Part shown: positions 38,371-51,086 of the stretch, piece after piece
Layout of the letters: each line of letters begins with the position of its first letter
How positions within the stretch are numbered: the first letter of the stretch is position 1
Assembly (NCBI GenBank): GCA_905178155.1
Contig: CAJINV010000002.1
Location: 2,760,226 to 2,824,225 of the forward strand
Direction: 5' to 3'
Length of the DNA stretch: 64,000 bases
Source of the DNA: Amoebophrya sp. A120
Taxonomy: Eukaryota; Protista; Dinoflagellata
The notes under the pieces: model-generated
The model's input: the letters and a program-made list of their open reading frames with translations, nothing else
Told to the model about the DNA's origin: nothing
Databases searched by the model: none
Position numbers and translations under genes: made by a program

Positions 38371-41300
38371 ATGGCCGAACTGGAGATTCCAGTCTTGCGG
38401 ATCGAGAAGCTGGGTTTCCAGCACGGCGACTCGGGCGCCAGCATCGACCCCGCGTTTATCAAAGAGATGCGGAAAGCATTGGAAACCGTCGGGTTTTTCT
38501 ACCTAGAAGGGTTCGATGTGGCGAAAGAACAGGGTGGGTTGGACTTGGATTTAGAGAAGGTGTTGAAAATATGAAACTGGACAACCCTCCCTACCCCTCG
38601 TTTGTCATGCGAAATCCCAAATCCAGATGGCGCCTTGTGGCACTATTTGCATTACAGATTTCGGGAACTACCGTGCCAGCACTACATTCAGCGCGTGAAC
38701 TTGTCATGCACAGGCTCCACGTGTGAGTGTGTTGGTGCTTGTGATGCTGTTCGTACTTACAATACAAATGAGGGGGAGGGTGGTTGTGCACTGTCATAGA
38801 GAATCGGGCACGAATTTTTCGAGCAGAAAGGAGAAAACAGCAGCCAGCACCTGGATTTGACCATGGAAACCGTGTTTGAAAAATTAGTCGAGGACAAGAA
38901 CATCAACAACGCGGATGATGAAACAACAGCAGGCAGCACTACAAATTCCGATAAAAATTCCACATCAAACAAAAGCAACTACCTCCCGATCAAGCACTGG
39001 TGGGCGGGGCGCGGGTACCTGCCCGCGGAGCGCCATACCTTTGCGCTGAACAAAGAGACAAAGGAGATTGAGTCCGTTTCCTCCGAGGTTCTGACCCGGC
39101 AGGCATTTGATTTCGTCCGAGAAGTCCCGGAAGGGTTTTACGGAGACGGGTTTTTCGCACAGATGAAATTGAACAGCAATAACGCAGATGGTGGTACAAC
39201 AACCACTGCGAAAGTAGAAGTACCGCTCCAAGTCGAGCAGGCGCGACGAGATTTTCTCGAGAAGTACGTCTTATCAAATGCAAATATGTCTGGGTCTGGA
39301 AGGGTACAACTTGTGATGCTACTTTTGGAATCTACATAAAAGCTGTATTGCATGAACAGCAAAAGAGGTGTAATCTGTGCTACGCGGAGAGGGAATTTCT
39401 CATGCGGTATGACAGCATCAGAAACCCTCGCAAAATATCCCATGCTAGGGCATGCATCACAGACCTCATGGGCCATGCAAAATCTGCATGACAAACTCCT
39501 GCACTCTTCCAGATGACCCAGACATTTTTGCAATCCATACGTCTACGCGAAGAACAAAAGCACGGATGACACGGTGTCGGTTGAATCAACGGTGAGTTTA
39601 ACGGAGTATTTGAACACCGAGTACTCCGAGGCGATGAAACGGGTCGGCCGGAAACTGATGACCGCCATGGCGTTGGCCCTGGACGAGGCGCTGTGCGAAG
39701 ACACCGGGGCGGAGGGGTCTACGCACTTCGTGAAATTGCTGCACAAACTGACCACGACGAATCACGGGGGAAGGGGTTTGGCAAAAGAAGATGAAGTGGA
39801 TGTTCCAGCAGGACAAGATCAAACGGACGGAGCAACCGCTTCTAGCGCAGTCCTACCACAGCTAACTTCCGACGACCAGAAGAGTACAACGGATGTCGAC
39901 AATTTCCACAACAGCAATAGTTTGACCACGTTGTCAACCGCTGCCTCCACTTCTGTCCCAACCTCGCCGGCAGTCGGGGTGCGGATGAACCATCATGCCG
40001 GATATAAAAGTGCACAACTCCCCCTCCCCCTCATTTGTCATGCAAAATATCCAATCCACCCTTTGCCTCTTGGCACATTTTGCATGACAAGTTCTGGTCG
40101 CCCAAATAGCACTACACTCCAGTGCAAATTTGTCATGCAAAACCGGCGTTCTTGCTGATGCTTTTATTGCCGTTCATGCTATACAAATGAGGGGGAGGGG
40201 GAGTTGTGCACTGTCATACCGGAACAGCATCAAACACAAAGAACGGGAAGACCGATTTGAACGATTTGTTGTACGAAAACCACGACCAAGCGCATTCCTA
40301 CTATGGATTGTAAAAATGTCTGGGTCTGGAAGATTGCAACTTCTCGTGCTAAATCTGAATCATGCAGAAATCTGTGTTGCATGAGTGCTGAAAGGTGTCC
40401 ACTTTCGACCAAGTTTGGAGGGAGTTTCTCATGCAGGATAGGCATGGCAGAGACCTCACAGACTCTGTCATGCTAGGTCCCGCATTCCAGATCCAGGCCT
40501 CACACGTCATGGAAAACCTGCATGACAAGTTTACACTCTTCCAGACCCAGACATTTTTGCATTTGATACCTACTCCGTCCCGGCAACTTGGATGACAGAA
40601 GCCTCTGACGCTTCCTGGTGGTATATCAAAAGGAAAAATCGCCCCTCCCCATAATGAAAAGGTATGCTTCTAGAAATTTGTGATGCCGATTTGTGACCAC
40701 AAATCCTGTCTCTCTTGCAAGAGGGCAAACTCAGAGACTCCGCCACGATATGCGGGCGGTTTGTAATGCTGCAAGGCCTTAAGGGTAGGCGTCTGCCATG
40801 CTGGGCTCCTACACCAAGAGGCGCCCCCTTAGGATCGCGATCTGCGTGCAGTCCTTTACTGCAAGACAAATGTGATTTGTGTACTCAAATACAGCAACAC
40901 AGATTTCCGTTTTGATATGGGGACGGGGGATTTTTCTTTTCGATATGGTACCTCCGGGTGTTGCACTACAAGGGAATCATCCAGGACGACCCGAATAATT
41001 TCAAGGTTTCCATGGCGCCCCACACGGATTTCGGCTGGCTGACGTTGTTAAACCAGGACTCCACGGAAACGCCAGCACTACAAATCCAGGACATCCACAA
41101 CAATTGGCACGGAGTGGCACCGCGGAAGAACGCGATCATTGTGAACATCGGGGACATGATGTCGGCTTGGAGCAATATCTTGTGTAAAAACGCCCCCAAG
41201 AACCCATAGTTGTCATGCAGATCCACATGCTTAAAATATCTCTCATGCGGAGCCCCATGAAATCGCGTTTTCTAATGCTGTTTTGAAATTTGTGATGCTC

Positions 41301-42309
41301 GAATCAGGATGAGCGACTAGATGTGTGATGCTGCTGTACTAGCTAAACACGAATAATACACTGCGGGCCTAAACTTGTCATGCGCAAGAGCCAAAGCTTG
41401 TCGATTTCTCTTGCAAAGTTCCCAACTTGATGACTAGGGGGTCGTGGGGACGTTTTTGCATATGATAAGCAACGGGAGATACCTAGCCCGGTTGCACCGC
41501 GTGATTCATTCGGGAAAGGAGCACCGGGTCTCCTATTGCGAGGAAAAATCCCCCCTGCCCATATCGCAAAGGTATGTTTCCGAAAATTTGTGTTGCTGGT
41601 TTGAGACAACAAATCACGTCGGTCTTGCAAGAAGCGAAGCGCAGGGGCTTCCGCCCCATTATGGAAGCGATTTGGCATGCTGTTGGGACTAGGGGACAGC
41701 CGTTTGCAATGCTAAACAACTAGACGCACACCCAATCGCCCCTTCTACGTAGGCTGAGGATCTGGCTGCGATGCCGTATTGCAAGACAGCGCGCATATGT
41801 GTACGGAAATCCAGCATCAGAAATCTCGTCTTGATATGGGGAGGGGAGATTTTTCGTTCTGATATCTCCGTGCCCTTTTTCTACAACCCGTCGCTCGACG
41901 CGAAGGTGCCGCTGAAACTGAAGAAGGATTTGAAGGAGCAGGCGTTTGGGGTCGGCGGTTCGAACACGGTGAAGGTTTTGCAGAATCAGGACTTGTATGC
42001 ATTGCAAATATGTCTGGGTCTGGAAATCTGTGATGCTGAGTTGAGCATGATTGAAGCGCTTGCAATGGCAGCCAGGCATGACAAGTTTTGGAGACGCCTA
42101 CTGATGCCTTACACGCATCACAAATTTCGTTTTTCCATGACAAAGTATTAAGCTCCTCTTTTGCTGCTCTTGCAACGCAGATTTTCCGGGAATGCAAGAC
42201 ACGCATCACAAGTTCCACTGTTCCAGACCCAGACATTTTTGCATTTGATAACTTGGAGTACGTGTACTACGGGGAACATTTGGCCAGGTCGCTGGGGTAT
42301 GCGTTGTGA
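38371..42309 (+). CDS. 2-oxoglutarate/Fe(II)-dependent oxygenase (isopenicillin N synthase-like) interrupted by 8 IR elements
   Basis: N-term ALETVGFFYL; spliced YLRVLHY, HTDFGWLTLL (HxD), IVNIGDMMSAWSN|GRYLARLHRV, HRVS|VPFFYNP (RxS). Confidence 0.9.
38570..38798. mobile_element. IR introner family E
   Basis: DR GAAAA/GAGAA. Confidence 0.85.
39272..39539. mobile_element. IR introner family A
   Basis: DR CGTCT/CGTCT. Confidence 0.9.
40003..40218. mobile_element. IR introner family E
   Basis: Long TIR AGTGCACAACTCCCCCTCCCCCTCATTTGT; DR CCGGA/CCGGA. Confidence 0.92.
40302..40568. mobile_element. IR introner family A
   Basis: DR CCTAC/CCTAC. Confidence 0.9.
40624..40945. mobile_element. IR introner family J
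   Basis: TIR ...GAAAAATC.CCC.CCCCATA; DR TGGTA/TGGTA. Confidence 0.88.
41176..41467. mobile_element. IR introner family C
   Basis: DR AGCAA/AGCAA; splits the WSN|GRY motif. Confidence 0.9.
41534..41864. mobile_element. IR introner family J
   Basis: DR TCTCC/TCTCC; splits RVS|VPFF. Confidence 0.9.
41996..42250. mobile_element. IR introner family A
   Basis: DR ACTTG/ACTTG. Confidence 0.9.
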
Positions 42310-43488
42310 TCTACTGGAGCAGGTACTTAGCTAGCTCTTGTACGAAGAGTAAGTCGGTCTTTGACGGAGGATTTCATCTCAACTGAGATCTATCGTTTCA
42401 ATTTTCAAAAACGTGTCTGTGTGTTTCTGTGTTGTGGTAACAGATGCAAGTAAATTACGAGTACGACGTAGTGTGCAGCATAGTAAGTATCAATTAAGCT
42501 AGGTTTCACTTCTTCCATTCTCTGGAATGGAGATTGATCCGTTATCACGCTCGATTTTGCTACTAGCCATTCTTTCACTTCGGCGAGTATTGAAATTTAA
42601 GTATGTAGCGGTATTGTAGTTGAGCCTCGTATAATGCGACTTCTATGTTGAAACTCAAACTGCAAATGCAATGGATTTAGCTGCCAGGGGGCTGGCTCCT
42701 AAGCCGGCCTCTGCAGTAACTTCCATTGAAGATGCGCTCATCTACTTGAGCACATAAGTTCTTTACCGGTTCTTTTTATCTATCAACTTGACTGTCTCTC
42801 CGAGCGAGACGTTTTTTTCGACAAAATTTTTCCGGCGTTTTTTTCAAGAAATAAGTACCTCGCTATAGACTACAACTTCTTTGTATTCCGTTTCCCTTTG
42901 GCGCAGACGCAGTCGCAACGGTTTTTTTTTCTTTTCCAAATCTAAAAACACTCTGGCGGTTAGGATTTCCGAAAAAGTCGGACGGTAGTTATGATTAGAT
43001 TTACCGGCGCAAAAAATTCAGGGTCTTTTATCTGGCGCTAAATTTGTTTCTCCGTTTTCGCATAAGTAAGAACAACACATGATGTCATGTAGTACCACGG
43101 AGCTGCATCCGGTGGAATTTCTTTCCTGAAATAAATACAAGAAGAAAAAAGCAGAGTGGAGGGAGATGACACGCACTCCCGTTAGCCAAACTGGAGGACT
43201 CCTGAAGGTGTTCACCCTGCACTGCACCAGATTGTTGCAGTTGAATTAGTCGGAAAAGAAAAACGCGATCCTGTCTCAAAACACCGTGACGAGGTGTCCT
43301 CTGATATTTAAGCAATTCTGCTGGCAGTAATAGTTGACGCCAACTTTCTCAGGTCCCACTTACCACACACTGTACAGTTCGACCATATTATGTGAAAGAA
43401 CATTTTTCCTCCATGAGAAGATTCGTTTGCTTTTGTGATTGAAATTTTTTTTCGCACATCCGTGGACTCTGCAGAGAAAAAACGCATC

Positions 43489-45720
43489 ATGAACATCGAC
43501 GACCGGCGTGGTCTTTATGGCAGCAAGGCCGATCATGCCCAGCAAGGCAAGAGCACCATTGTTGGCGCAACGTCAGTACAACCTTTGACGAAAATTCCCG
43601 CGGCTCAGGACGCGCACCCGACGAATAAATTCCAAATATCAGACGCCGACCTGATCGCGAACCCGACGTGGCACATTTTCTCCCCGACTTTAAATCAAAG
43701 TTACGCTACGAGAAATGCAGTAGAGGCCTATCTTGCTGCGACGAACTACGAGGCTTTGGTGGAGGTTCCAGTTGAGAGCGCTGCAGTGGCGCCGCAATTA
43801 TCGCGATTCGCCTCGTTCAGCCCGGCGTCTCGATGGTGCGACGCAGAGGTTGTCCAAGATGAACCAGGGAGCAGTGCCAGTGCTGGCAAGGCTTCGTCTA
43901 GAGCCAGGGATTTGGACGGCCTTTTGCAACCGCACGTGTCCCACGTCGTCTGGCTACCGCTGCGTGTGCCCGGCTACATTGGGTCTGGCGGCTACAACAC
44001 GGCCCGTTATTTTGCGGTCAATTTGTTGAAAGTTGTGCACGAGCATTCTAGTGGTAGTGCGGAAATCCACAAAGACGGAACAAAAACCAGCTCTGACCTC
44101 GAACGGGGCGCTGAAAAAATGGAGACCTGTTCTCGGGACGCCTTCATCGCCGAGCTGCTTTCCGGCAAATTTCCGTCGATGCTCCTGGGGAAGGATTTTT
44201 GGGGACCTCGGAAGAATGGCGCAGATGGCCCTCGTGGGAAGCTACCGTCGAAACAGCAAGGAAAAAGTAGAGAGCGCAGTGTGAGGCGAGACGAAGCAAA
44301 AATTGCAGCATCCACTTTACGGGGAGACACTGGCACAGCCACGGTCCCGCAGGGCTTGCCGTCCGTCTCCACGAAAAACAACGAGAAGGGCAAATCCCTA
44401 CCGGTGTTACTTCTGGGGCAAGAGGAAAAAATGAAGACTCTCTGCGTTGTCGACAACACGACGGACGAAAAAGACGACGAAGTCAGCCTTTCCTGCATCG
44501 AAATCGACGGGCCGAGCGGACTATCCTCTGCAAAAGTATCGTACTCGTAGTAATTGCAGTTATGCATTACAAATCTTTTTCCTACGGTCAATCAGCATTA
44601 CAAATTCCATTTCTCATGCTGAGGAAATTTGTAATGCAATTCATACTAGTATTAAGCACGTTGCTTTTGCAATGCATACGGACCACATATCTTGCCCGGG
44701 GTTGGTGGGACGTATCGCTGGAAGCCGAGGCCGCCGGATTACGAGGTGGGAGAGGAGATTGTCATGGATGTGGATAGTACCAGTGGAGATAGTGGCGAGC
44801 AGAACGGTGACCATTCTGCGGATGAGAATATGGAGGGTCGCGAAGATGGCGGCGATAACACGTCAGATGACGACCACTCCGAAGACGGTTCTGAAGGAGA
44901 GAACACAACCGACGTCCACGTTCTCGAAACCGTGTCACGCCGGCGGCCCCTCCCACCCTTCGCGTTGCTGCTAGTTGGAGATTTGCACCCGTTTTCCACT
45001 GTGAACACGCGGAATACAAAGTCCTGGGACGTGCTGTACACGTTCGAAGCGACGACGTCCGACAAGAACTCCGTAGTGGGCAGCGGGACGAACAAGAAAT
45101 CTACTACCGAACCTGCTGTTGCAGTTGCAGACCTGGCAAAGAAACTGGCCGCGGTGGGGCTGCATGATCAAGGCAGCTGCACGGAGAAAAATTGTGCACA
45201 AAAATCTACTCCTGCTTTGTTACAACTGCATGTGACCACCAAAAAGCCACCACCACTTCCTGAAAACGCGACTTCACGCCAATTAGTGTTTGATTCCCTA
45301 GAACGCGGGATCTGCCTACTGGGTTTCAATTGTCGAAAGGAGCGTCCCCCGAGGAAGAAACACGCCCTCTGTGCGACGATGTCGATTTTGTTGCCGAAGT
45401 GGGCGGAGGAGGAGCGGGCTAGTTCCGTCGAGGAGGTGATTGGGGACAAAGTCAAGCTTTTTTGGTTCTTCGATGTGTGTTTTGGCAAGTGGCGGAACGT
45501 TCCCTGGGGGGATATTTGTGAATTGTGGTTGAAGAAGGCGGTGGTGGTGGATGAGAGCAAAATGCAGTTGGCAAGTTCAAATTGTGCACCTTTTGATACT
45601 GGACGAGGACGCACACGCACTGCAGAAGCCGAAGCTGTGCCACCGCCTGATGATGCGAACAAACCGAAGAAGGCGTTTAAAGTGCCCGGGAAGTGGGCGA
45701 AGTATCTGGATGGTTTGTGA
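43489..45720 (+). CDS. Hypothetical protein, one IR element
   Basis: ORFs 43435-44550 and 44692-45720 join in frame (SG|PHILPG) after removing 44522-44683. Confidence 0.65.
44522..44678. mobile_element. IR introner family B
   Basis: DR CGGAC/CGGAC. Confidence 0.88.
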
Positions 45721-47101
45721 AAGTGCTATTTCACTCACTCCTGTGAAGGACAGGCAATTTCAATGAAGTTGAAGAGCAAAAGATGACTCTCGTCAGGTGA
45801 AACAGAACCAAATGCCCCGCTGGCCACTGTAGCGCGGGCTACAGATAATTGCGCCTTCACGATGAAAGAACAAAGAAACACAGTTTATTCCCATCGCTTG
45901 TTTCGACCTACTGGTACTAGACGCGGTTTCGCATCCTCACCGAAGAACCGAGGGTCAGTTTCTCTATTGTATGATAAACTTCTCAGCCTTGTTGTGCACC
46001 TGTACTAACTGCACACTGTCGATTTTGTTCTGTCTGGATCGACAGTGGACTCCGCGACGTACTATCGTGTTGAAAATACGGTCGTCTTTCTCTTTTCCTC
46101 TCCAGAAGTAGATTTCGATCTGTGAACATTGAACGGTCCGAGATCTTCACGTAGAAGATGACTGCGATCATGTTCGTTTCTGGCTCATTGACCAAGCCTA
46201 GGATCTTGTATTTCATGAGCTCGAAAGAGAAAGACCTCTACTTGCTGAGGTGCTTGTCATGAAAGGGCGTCGGAGTGGGCTGATCCGATGACAGGCTGCT
46301 GATCGTCCGTTCTGGAAGCTAGAAGTTGTGAGGCCACCAGTTGGCGCTTCTAAGGAAACAGACGTTGCCTCGCTAGCAGATGTTGACAACTGCTGGACAC
46401 CAATAGATACTGAGTTTTGCTGTTTAGCAGACATTCACATTTCGCCGCAAAAATCTCTTCCACAGTGCCCTGACAGTTACAGTGCCTTGCTTACGTAGTA
46501 GAAGACAGGTTCTTAACTTTCAGGTCGATGAAGGTGACAAGTTTTACATTTCAAAGTACTTCTACTTTCGCTTTCCGTATAGAAATAGAAGAACGAACAC
46601 GAAGTAAAAGGAAGACGGTCACGCACTCGAAGTTAGTCGATAGAGCTGACGAGTTGGATATACGTACCTAACTATACACGCAATCCAAGAAGGGGAGCAC
46701 TACATCAACACCAAGTAGACCCGTAGATCTCAGGACGATATCAGAAATAAATTTTCACAAGAACACTATTCTTCTCAAGACGCGTGTATTTTTCCCTCCC
46801 TCTTTCTCCAGAATTGTCGATACACACCGCCCGTACTAGAAAGATCAGACAGCAGTACCTACCCTTTAGATCATCTTCAGCCATTGACGACTACCCTTCC
46901 CGTCCTAAGCATCTGAATCTGGTACTTATGACTAGGAAAATAAATCTCGACGTATAATGGATACAACGCACATGAGTTATTTGTATTTCTAAAGCGCTAA
47001 ACAACTAGTCAGAATCAAATACAAATTATCAATCGAATTTCTTTTTCTTCTTTACTGTACATTTATTAATTTGTTTCCAAGAAAACTAAAACTAAAACAA
47101 G

Positions 47102-50100
47102 ATGGGAAGTAGATTTGATTACCTTTTCGACGAGGCCAACCAGGACATTGAGCGCGCCATCGCCTTGTCCCTGCAAGACCAACAAGAAGCCGCGCGCTAT
47201 CAAATGCAAAAATGTCTGGGTTTGGAAGAGTCATGCTGTTTTTGCATGACACAGAAGGTCTGGCATGGAAGCTCTAGCATCACAGGTTTCGAGAAGCTTC
47301 CGCAATGTCGAACCCGCATGACAAATGCCCCACTTTGGTGACAGAGAGCGGGCAGCTTTTGCTACCTATGCATGAGAGATTTTTCTGTGTTCTGAAATGC
47401 GCATCACAGTTTGGTATTCTTCCAGACCCAGACATATTTGGGATCCATACGCGCCAGGCCTCTACAACTACTACCCCGCCTAGTACAACTGGTGACCAAC
47501 ACCAGCAACGGTCAACACTGGGCGAAGGAGTACTACAAGCTGCACAAGAACCTCCCGGGGGCGAAGAAGATAACTCCTCTTCCTCTACAAACCCGGGCGG
47601 AAACAGGATCGACGATCATACCATGATTTCTACCGGTCATCAACATCAGCACCACACCGAGATTCTGATCCCGCCTACGGTAGAGGAGGATGAGGAATTC
47701 CAACGTGCGCTGGAGGAATCCCGCTTGCTCTATGCGCAAGAGGAGTTGTCCCGCCGGCAGATGGAAGTGCTAGACCACGAGCAGCAGCTCCCGAGCAGCT
47801 CGAGTGCCGCCACACTTTCCGCCGGGAGTAGTACTGGTGATCTTGCCCCTCGCGCATCACAAAGAACGGAGCCCGCTTCCTTCCCCGCCCTAGCACTCCC
47901 CCAGATCAGCAACCGACGCGCCAGGGTGCCTTCCTCGACCTCCTCTGTTTCGGTTATTACACCCCCAGCGCTTATCGGTGGTCACCTTTCAGCGGCGAGT
48001 ATCAGGACGATGCCCAGCACCCCTGCCGCAATCGCCCGAAACTGCAGTAACCGTAACATTATCGATCCAACCGGCTTCAGGGTGCAGATCCTGGTGAAGC
48101 AAGACGGCTCCCCGGAGTGGCGCCCCTTGCGCAGCGACAAGCATGAGGTAGACGCAACAGGCAGCATTTCTTCGTTCCGGGTCCTATGCATTGCAAAAGT
48201 ATCGTACTCGTATAAATGCATATACAAATTTCCTTGGCATGAGAAACAAAATTTGTAATGCGGATTTGATTTAACAAGAAAATTTGTAATGCATGACTGC
48301 AATACGAGTACAGTACGATACTTTTGCACAGGATAGGTCCACGCGCGGGACAACACGGTTTACCAGATCCGCTGCTTTTCCGAAATTGTGAAAGCGGTGG
48401 TGACCTGCCATGTCGATGGGCAGTCTGTGCTGCTCAAAGAGTCCTATGAATTGCAAAAGCATCGTGGTACTAGTAGTAATTGCATTACAAATTAGCTCAG
48501 CATGACAACTGTCATGCCGTTCTACCTTAACATGGAGATTTGTAATGCATAATTGCGATGAGTACAAGTGCGATACTGTTGCACAGGATAAATCCGACTT
48601 TCTCCCGATTTACGCGCCGGACAAACCGAAACTGATCCCGGGCTTTGACACCTTCATGGTGCATGACAAGAACACCGGCAGCCGGACGACACAGTACCGC
48701 GAATTTGTTTTCAAGCTTGGTGATAATCTTCAAGACAATAGTTCTATCCTGTGCAAAAGTATCGTACTCGTATTGCAATCATGCATTACAAATTTTTTTC
48801 TCAAGGTAAAACAGCATTACAAATTTTATTTCTCATGCTGAGGGAATTTGTCATGCATTTATACGAATACGATACTTTTGCAGTTCATAAGCTCTCGCTC
48901 TCGGAGGTCCCCCACGGGTTTGGACGATGGTATTACAACAGCAGGTCCGAGAGTCACGACTCCCATGGCAGGAGGAGCTCCAGTTCCTCCTGGACCCTCG
49001 ATTATTGTCAACTTCTACGAGCTGATCGAGGAATGTCAATATTACGTGGATGCCGGGTTCCACGGGGGTGGCGGCGGAGGCAAGAATAAACAGGGAGGCT
49101 GCAGCATCCAAACGGTCTCCCGGGAGCTCTCGGACCAGTCATTCCCGCCTAGCCCCTTCAACAACAACAGTAACAACATGCTCGGAATTGGAAATGCAAA
49201 TAGAAATACCACTGGTAAAAAGAAGGAAAAGCACATTAAAAGCGCGAAAAAATCGAAGCGCGGAGATGTTGACAAAAATGGTCCACCAGGTGACTACGGA
49301 ATAAACCAGGACGCCACTTCCAGTCATCTCCGCACGGGATTGGGGGACATGATGGAGCACACGCGGGGAGGAAATGATAGTAATAAAGGTGGTGGGAAGG
49401 GCAACAAAGGTTTTATTGGGAAAAACGGAAAAATGATGATGAAGAACAACAAGATTTCTCGCGGCCGGTTGCTGCACACGGTCGTCGTCACCGCGCAGAA
49501 AGAAGTGCTGTTCTGGCATCGACAGCTGTTTCTATGCATTGCAAGAGCATCGTACTAGTAGAAATCGCATTACAAATTCGGTCCGCATGAGAAATAGAAT
49601 TTGTCATGCTGTTTCACCTTGGGATGGAGATTTGTAATGCATGACTGCGATTACTACGAATGCGATACTTTTGCACAGGACAGTTTCTCTACGAAGACAA
49701 TGTTGGTTTGGGGCAGATCCCGGCGCCGGTCTTACCCCCGTTGAGAGAAGTGGGTCGCTCGCCTGCTTCTTTCTCCTCTTCTTCTCAAGCAGAAGATCCA
49801 ACGACCGACGCGGGCCGGCTGGTAATTGTGATTGACGCAGCCAATGTGGCCAGATACGACGATGGAATTTGTAGTAGTAGTAGTGCAACTCTAGCTTCAC
49901 CGGCGAGGGAATCTTCTGCGACTGGTACCAGCGCAGCAGGAGGACACACTTCCGCTGCTGCCGCTGCATCGGGTAGTTCCAGTGGCAGTGCAGACGGCCG
50001 GGAGGTTATTGACTTGACCGGCGAAGCAGGAACAGGAGGAGAACGGGGTGATGTTATTGATCTTACCGGGGAACAAACGGGAGGCAACTCTGCTGCTGAT

Positions 50101-51086
50101 CAACGTCGAATCAACGTTAATGTTTCCCCGACTTCCAGTGCTACCAACAGCCCCGGGCAACGTCATGGAGATGGATCATCTCCCTCACAGAACCACCTTC
50201 CTCCGTTCCAACCGGAAAAGCTCCGGAAGATGGTGCAGTTTTTCCAAGAGTTACTGATCAAGAACTTTTCCGAAAATCGCATCAACTTAACAACCACCGC
50301 CCACATCGTCATCGGTTGCGCCGCGGGGGACATGCCGGGGTTGGAATTAGGCAAATTGCGGACCTTTTTCAACAACGTTGCAGACCGGACGAGTAGTCAC
50401 CACGTGTGCGCGCTGAAATTCCGATGCGCGGAGTACGGGGCTGGGATATGAATTGCAAAAGTAATATCGTACTCGTACTAATCGCACTTCTGCATTACAA
50501 ATCTAGTTGCCGAGGTAAATCCGCATTACAAATTTAATGTGTAATGCTGAGCGAATTGGTATTGGAATTTCAATTTGTAATGCAATTCAAACTAGTACGA
50601 CTACGATACTTTTGCACCGGATATGGGAGCCAGAATGTCGATCGGGTTTTGTTGGAAGAAGCGTTACGGCCGGATATTTGCGGGTGTTTGGTCAGCAACG
50701 ATAAGTTATGCATTGCAAAAGTATCGTACTCGTATAAATGCATTACAAATTTCCTCAGCATGAGAAATGAAATTTGTAATGCAGATTTTGATTTGCCTTA
50801 AGAAGGAGATTTGTAATGCATGACTGCAATACCCTTACCAGTACGATACTTTTGCACAGGATATAAGTTCGAGGATCACGTGAACAACCGGGTTGTTTCG
50901 GGGAGTATGGTGGAGAAAATCCGGGTGGAATTTGGATTTTTTCAGCAAACGGAGTTGCTCGTCTACGCCCCTAACTTTTGGGAGGAGCACATGAATAAAG
51001 GAGGAGATCTGGATCGCGAGGAACACTTGATCGATTTCTTGGCGGAGAAGCTGACGCCGACGAGCTACACTTTAGGAGGCCGGTGA
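47102..51086 (+). CDS. UIM/SIM-containing protein with C-terminal NYN/PIN (Regnase/N4BP1-like) ribonuclease domain, interrupted by 7 IR elements
   Basis: UIM-like DIERAIALSLQD and EDEEFQRALEES; IVIDAANVA ... VDRVLLEEA ... CLVSNDK|FEDH resemble the Zc3h12a-type PIN motifs; two VIDLT motifs. Confidence 0.7.
47198..47449. mobile_element. IR introner family A
   Basis: DR CGCGC/CGCGC. Confidence 0.88.
48185..48335. mobile_element. IR introner family B
   Basis: DR GGTCC/GGTCC; also readable as GT-AG 48181-48336. Confidence 0.9.
48445..48590. mobile_element. IR introner family B
   Basis: DR AGTCC/AATCC. Confidence 0.85.
48745..48889. mobile_element. IR introner family B
   Basis: DR AGTTC/AGCTC. 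Confidence 0.87.
49533..49682. mobile_element. IR introner family B (ends ACA)
   Basis: DR GTTTC/GTTTC. Confidence 0.87.
50447..50623. mobile_element. IR introner family B
   Basis: DR TGGGA/TGGGA. Confidence 0.87.
50707..50863. mobile_element. IR introner family B
   Basis: DR TAAGT/TAAGT; splits SNDK|FED. Confidence 0.9.

Noticed and set aside
24073-51086. Functional cluster of RNA-processing genes (Unkempt-like, PLRG1, PIN nuclease) encoding the splicing machinery
   Set aside because: They are interspersed with unrelated genes and eukaryotic neighbourhood is weak evidence of shared function.
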